Below are positions 56,228 to 64,000 of a DNA stretch of 64,000 nucleotides, piece after piece. Source of the DNA: the human T2T-CHM13v2.0 reference genome, Homo sapiens. The translations under genes and the position numbers were made by a program. Numbering within the stretch: position 1 is the stretch's first letter; each line of letters begins with the position of its first letter. Location of the stretch: NCBI RefSeq assembly GCF_009914755.1, contig NC_060927.1, one strand, 5' to 3'. The notes beneath the pieces are model-generated. The model did not search any database. It was given only the letters and a program-made list of their open reading frames with translations, and was not told the origin of the DNA.

Positions 56228-57130
56228 AGTAAAAGAAAACAACCAAAACATTAGCAATCTAAGTTTATAAATATTGGATGGACAAAGCATCTAGATTTAT
56301 AAAAATTTTACTTTTGATTTTTGCACACAGAATTTCAAAAATAAATTCTTGAAATCAAGAGGAAACAGGTATGCCTAATATTTTAAGTGCTACATAGTTT
56401 ACATAACACATCATGAAAAGATTAACTTTGCAAATAATTTGATCCCCTTTTTTTCTCCCACCCCAATTGTCTTTCAATCTTCAGTGAGGATAGTTTTTCA
56501 TTCCAAAATGCAGGTTAAATTGTCTCTAAATAAAAAATGTCTGGTTTCAGATGGACACTTATTCACTCTGAAAACAGGCTATTTCTTATCTTTTTATTAA
56601 GTGTATTGATCTCCTTTTAAGCATTTTTCAATAATAATTATTCTCCACTATCTGTTTGATGTCCTAGAGTCCTGTTATATAGATATGAGACCAAAATATC
56701 CCAGCTTATAAACAACCTCTAATGCTTCAAATAGTTATTTGGTTTTATGAACATGGTTTCAGCTTTGCTTTGTTTTTGACCATTTCACAGAATCTGTCAA
56801 ACCACGAACATATTAAGCAAACTTCAAGATTTCTGAAAACAACACAATTAGGGATGATGGACTGTGTCTGCAAGGTGTGTTCCTGTTGGTCTTTGTTCTG
56901 AAAGCTTTGACAACTTCTAAAATGGTGTGCCAAAACTTGCTAAATTGCCAAAGCAATTTTAAGGTCCTGATTAAATAGAGTATCTTATGAATAAGTATAT
57001 TGGTTAAGTTCTGCATTTCAGAAAGCTTAATCCCCAAAACTTATTATTTCAAAATCTCTCTAAACGGTATCCAGATCCATTATTTTATTAATAATAGAAT
57101 ATATGTAAATACAGAAACAGAAAATATAGA

Positions 57131-57328
57131 TAGGGATCCCAAACACATGCCCACAGGAGCCAGACAGGTAACATAAAGGAGTGAGTCCAGCCAGATGTAA
57201 GATTAGGTGGGAAGGGAGCTTAAAGGCACATGAAGAACTAAAGAATTCATATCCCACCTAATAGCCAAACAAAACACATTCCCTGGTCAAATTTGGCTCT
57301 TGAGGAACCACTAGTCAGAGACCTCCAG
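57131..57328. mobile_element. hAT-Charlie MITE (MER102/MER103-like)
   Basis: atgcccacaggagccagacaggtaacataaa...aaacaaaacac...caaatttggc motifs. Confidence 0.45.
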
Positions 57329-57403
57329 TGCAGATAAATTGAATATGTCCTGTATCCATCCTTGGATGTTTTTGACAATTACTTTAAAAAGTAAGCTTTG
57401 ACA

Positions 57404-58117
57404 ATAATGAGATACTACTTAACACCCAGTAGGACAGCTATTATGAAAAAGATGGATAATAACAAGTATTGATAAACACGTAGAGAAATTAGAACCCTCA
57501 TATATTGCAGGTGGAAATGTAAAATGATGCCATTGCTGTGGCAAGCAGTGGCAGTTCCTCAAAAAATTAAACATAGATTTATCACATCATCCAGCTACTC
57601 CACTCCAAGAGAACTGAAAACATACATCTATATAAAAACTTGTACATGAATGTTCACAGCAGCATTACTCATGGACAGAAAGTTGAAAAAACCCAAATGT
57701 GCATCAACTGATGAATGAACAAATTGTGGTATACTCATACAATGAAATATCATTCAGCCATAAAACAGGAATGAAGTACTGATACATGTTACAATATGGA
57801 TGAACCTTGAAAATTATGCTGAATGAAAGAAGCTGGACATAGAAGACCACATATTGTATAATTCAGTTTATATGAGACGTCTAGAATAGACAAATCCATA
57901 AAGACAAAATGTAGGTTAGTGGTTGCCAGGGGCTGGAGAAAGGGAGAAATGGGAAATGATTGCTAATAGGTATAGGGTTTTTTTGGCAGGGAGTGAAGAA
58001 AATGGTTGGAATTAGATAGTGGTGATGGTTGCAACTCTGAGACTATACTGAATACTACTGAACTGTATGTTTTAAAAATAGTGAATTTTATTGTATTTAA
58101 ATTATATTCCAATAAAA
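57404..58117 (+). mobile_element. L1MB (MB5-MB8-like) 3' end
   Basis: gagaaattagaaccctcatatattgc.ggtggaaatgtaaaatg...gtggttgccaggggctgg...gatagtggtgatggttgca...caataaa. Confidence 0.85.
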
Positions 58118-59189
58118 GTAAAGGCTTGGTGTGAGTTTATTATCTATTTTACTTTTAGCTTCATGCTGAAAACATAGAGCTCCCCTCTTAACCCCAAACC
58201 CATTACTAATTTTGGAGTTTCTTGTACTTAAATTTTTCATATATATGATCTCAATTCTGTATCTCTTTTAGGCAACTTCAAAAATTTTCTTCCATTAGCT
58301 AGGAGTCACTCCAGTTGGATATAATTAGGAAAAGAAGCATTTGAGAGCTGGGAGTAGAAACAGGAATTAAGGCAAAAGTTATGGCAGGAGTTGAAGCTTT
58401 CATAACAAGGTCTTGGGAAAAACAGAGGAAACTATGGGTAAGTAACCCTCAGTTTAGACAAGGACCCACATTTCTGTGTCTGTGAGAAGGCAAATGCTGA
58501 GCTGTGTAAACCAGAAACCAGGGATCTGTACCTCGAAGCTGCCACTTGGGCCTGGTTAGGATGTAGAAGCCTCTGAAAGTTGACAGCTCAGAGTTGGAAA
58601 AACTGAAAAGAATCTTTGGTTGAAGGGCCAGTCACAGGAGAACAACTATGTTTCTTAGTGGGCAGCTCCTCTCTGACCATTCAAAATGACTTTACAGGCA
58701 TCTTAATGAGGCTTCAAGGGAGAATACAAAATGTTTAACGTCAGTTAAGGGCTGATAAGGCAAAATCCATTGTATTGTACTCACTAGCATTAATTTATGA
58801 TATATAGTATGCCATTGATATGATCTTGAGATACTAGTGGGTTGAGTTTATTGCCCACAATATTTATAACACCTTTAATCTGAATTTCTAGCTTTATTTA
58901 TTCTATAATGTCTTAAATTCTTCAACTTCAGATTATCTTGTAAAAGAATTTTCATTTGTGTTTGAAGAGGTAAGCTGTTGCATTTGGTTGAAGAAGTTCA
59001 AAATATTTAGGTATACCAAACTTTTATAAGAGTAGACTCAGTAGTTTTAATTTTTATTTAAGCTATCAGTGTGCACTATGAATAGAATACGCAACTAAAA
59101 ACAAAGCACAATAAAAACTAGACCATTAAAAAATGGAAATACAAATTATGGTAAATTTATATAATGTGATGTACAGCAATTTCTAAATG

Positions 59190-61575
<2,386 letters not shown>

Positions 61576-62329
61576 TATGCATCAATTTTTTAAATATTTA
61601 CAAAGGTTTAAAAAGGCATGAGGAAATTCACATAATATTAAGCCAGAAAAATAGAATGCCAAATTTTGTGTATCATGCAATGTTAATATCAGAAAAAGTT
61701 CAGAATAAAGATTAAAATTTTGGCAATGATTATCTCTAGTGAGATTACTAATGAGTATTATGCTTTTTATATGTTTCTGAATTTTCTAAATTTTCTTGTA
61801 TATACTTTAATTCAGAAAAAAACTTCAAACATTCACTAAAATAAAGTTCAAAAAAAAATCTAAAAGCCAGGTCTGAGAAAGCTGAAATTCCCAGATGTCA
61901 TTGTATATGATGGAACATATGCAAGAAGGATAAGACAACATGATTCTGTCTTCAGGATGTAGAATAGCCTTTATGTCATGAGTTTTGCAGTATTCCAAAG
62001 GCTGTCAATTTTTTCACATACGGTCAGATCAAAACTTTATATAATTAGACAAGTTGATTTAGCTTCTAAATAACAAACACATTTATTTTTCCTAATAGTA
62101 GGCAATTAATTACTTGGCTAGTTTTAATTCAATTTCATTTTGCACTGGATATTTAGACATATAAGCTGTACCTTAAAAAAAGGATTTCCCTGAATGGACG
62201 GTTAACTCTCCACCTCTACTCCACCCACATTTACAGATGAGAAAACTGACACCAAGGAGATATGTAGGAGAGAAAAATGATTACAAGCATTCAAGATTCA
62301 GGTCCAAAGTACTCCCAATGGATTTGTTG

Positions 62330-62575
62330 TTTGTGAACTAATATGCACTCATGGAGCCTCTATAATGTGCAGCTCTATGCAAAGCTCTTTTCCTTACATC
62401 ATCTTGTGGAACCCCCATAACCTCACAGTAATGAAGACGTTATTTCTAGCTATACTGTGGAGTTGGGGAAAATTGTTAGGCTCAGAGGTTATGAGAATTT
62501 CTCAGGATCACTCAGCTAGTAAGTAGCCAAACTGGAATTCTCATGTAGACCATTTGACTCTGAAGCCCACCAGCC
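62330..62575 (-). mobile_element. MIR
   Basis: aggctcagaggttatgagaatttctcaggatcactcagctagtaagtagc...tttgactc. Confidence 0.6.
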
Positions 62576-63264
62576 TTCTAACACATAGAAAACAACAGGT
62601 TTTATTGTCTAAGGTCATGGCTTTCCATCCTCAATATCCTTGGATATGGCACATTTGCTACCTGCCTCTACTTGTAGCTACTTGAGTGAGTCATGGTCAG
62701 AATCCATTTTTCTTTGGTGTTAAAGAATGCTTTTGAAAGGGATAAAGGTGGAAGATACTTCCTGTTTGGCACAGTGTATGAGTATGTGGTTATAATAATC
62801 ATCTCTTGCCCCACTATTCTCACAAGTTTTTAGAAACTCCTCCCTCAGAAGATGCCATCACTGGTAGTTGATCCTGGGAAGTTGCCCAGTAGTTGTTCCA
62901 CATGTTCCCTCTGTACCAAAACATAGACAAATCCAATTTTCTCACTCTGTTTCTAGGTTGATGTCAATTTGAATCATGGCTTGATGAAAGAGAGTAAAAT
63001 GATGATGGCTTGGAATAATTTAATCTTACCTCTATATAAAATATAATTTCTTTGGGAATTTTGTGGGTTTTTCTTTTCTTATTGCTTATTCTCTCAGCAT
63101 TTATTATAAATCCCTTCTCTCAAAACAAAAGAACACTAACATCTCTCTCGTTTAACAGAGACTGCTTTAAACATTGCTCTCTCCTCCCTTCCCACCTCCT
63201 CTTTGACTAAACCAAGATTTTTCATTGTGAAGGTTTGACTCATGATAACCTAGGCAAAGAAAGG

Positions 63265-63822
63265 TCACTTTGGTGTCTCTTATGAACAGCAGCATCAGCA
63301 ACACCTGGGTGTCACGCACGTCCTTGTGAACAGAGTCCACCAAATAGGCTTCGTTTGAGCAACAAGGCTGTTTATTTCACCTGGGTGCAGGCAGGGTGAG
63401 TCCGAAAAGAGGGTCAGCGAAGGGAGATAGGGGTGGAGCTGTTTTATAGGATTTGGGTAGGTAGTGGAAAATTACAGTCAAAGGGGGTTGTTTCTCTGGT
63501 GGGCAGGGGCGGGGGTCACAAGGTGCTCAGTCAGGGAGCTTCTGAGCCAGGAGAAGGAATCTCACAAGGTAATGTCATCAGTTAAGGCAGGAACCGGCCA
63601 TTTTCACTTCTTTTGTGATTCTTCAGTTACTTCAGGCCATCTGGATGTACACATGCAGGCTTGGCCTCAGAGGCCTGACACTGGGGTCTTATTAGAAATG
63701 TAAATTATCAGGCTCTAGCCCAGACCTACTAAATCAGAAATTCTGGAGATGTGGACCCAGCCAATTGTGTTCTTAAAGCCCTGCAGATGATCTTGATGTA
63801 CCATAAGCATGAAAACCATGTC
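63265..63822. mobile_element. MER5A split by the LTR7 insertion
   Basis: cagcagcatcagcaacacctggg on the left joins ..cttattagaaatgtaaatt.tcaggc...cccagacctactaaatcagaaattctgg on the right. Confidence 0.8.
63310..63680 (-). mobile_element. HERV-H solo LTR (LTR7 family), 371 bp
   Basis: Minus strand begins tgtcaggcctctgaggccaagcctgca..tacatccagatggcctgaagtaactgaagaatcacaaaagaagtgaaaatggcc and ends ...cgtgaca. 5-bp TSD ctggg at 63305-63309 and 63681-63685. GC box, TATAAAA and AATAAA are retained. Confidence 0.93.
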
Positions 63823-63932
63823 CATATAAATGATTTTCTTTTAAAAAAAAGTTTTAGGTGATACAGTCTACAGCTCTGAAGAGATCACTAAGATAGAGTG
63901 AATTAAGTGTTCTGTATTGACTGTACACTTAC

Positions 63933-64000
63933 TAGTGTTGGCAGATAAAATACAAGATGTCCAGTTGAATTGAAATTTCAGATATACAGCAAATAAAATT
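63933..64000. mobile_element. MER53 palindromic MITE (left part, cut by the window end)
   Basis: gttggcagataaaatacaagatgtccagtt.aattgaaatttcagata matches the MER53 terminus. Confidence 0.75.

Noticed and set aside
56192-56250. Orphan poly(A)/(GAAAA)n tract as the tail of a processed pseudogene
   Set aside because: No upstream AATAAA at the right distance, no TSD and no recognisable retrocopy body; treated as a simple A-rich repeat.

Overview
AT-rich, CpG-depleted primate (human-like) genomic DNA, intronic or intergenic. I found no CpG island, no convincing host protein-coding exon, no RNA gene and no CRISPR array. Much of the window is transposon-derived: one full-length but inactivated L1PA3-type LINE-1 (5580-11763, 18-bp TSD, open antisense ORF0 and open endonuclease domain), several truncated L1s of different ages, eleven Alu/FLAM copies, solo LTRs (HERV-H LTR7, THE1D, MLT1, LTR16/33-like), DNA-transposon MITEs (MER44A, MER5, MER81, MER112, MER53) and many MIR/L2 relics. 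The notable items are a probable micro 3' transduction on the full-length L1, a hairpin-unit 24-bp minisatellite, a solo LTR7 followed by a strong splice donor, a few candidate non-coding exons and several small palindrome or duplication events. I found no evidence for a new biological system. Subfamily calls come from recalled consensus motifs rather than a database search, and boundaries of old repeats are approximate.
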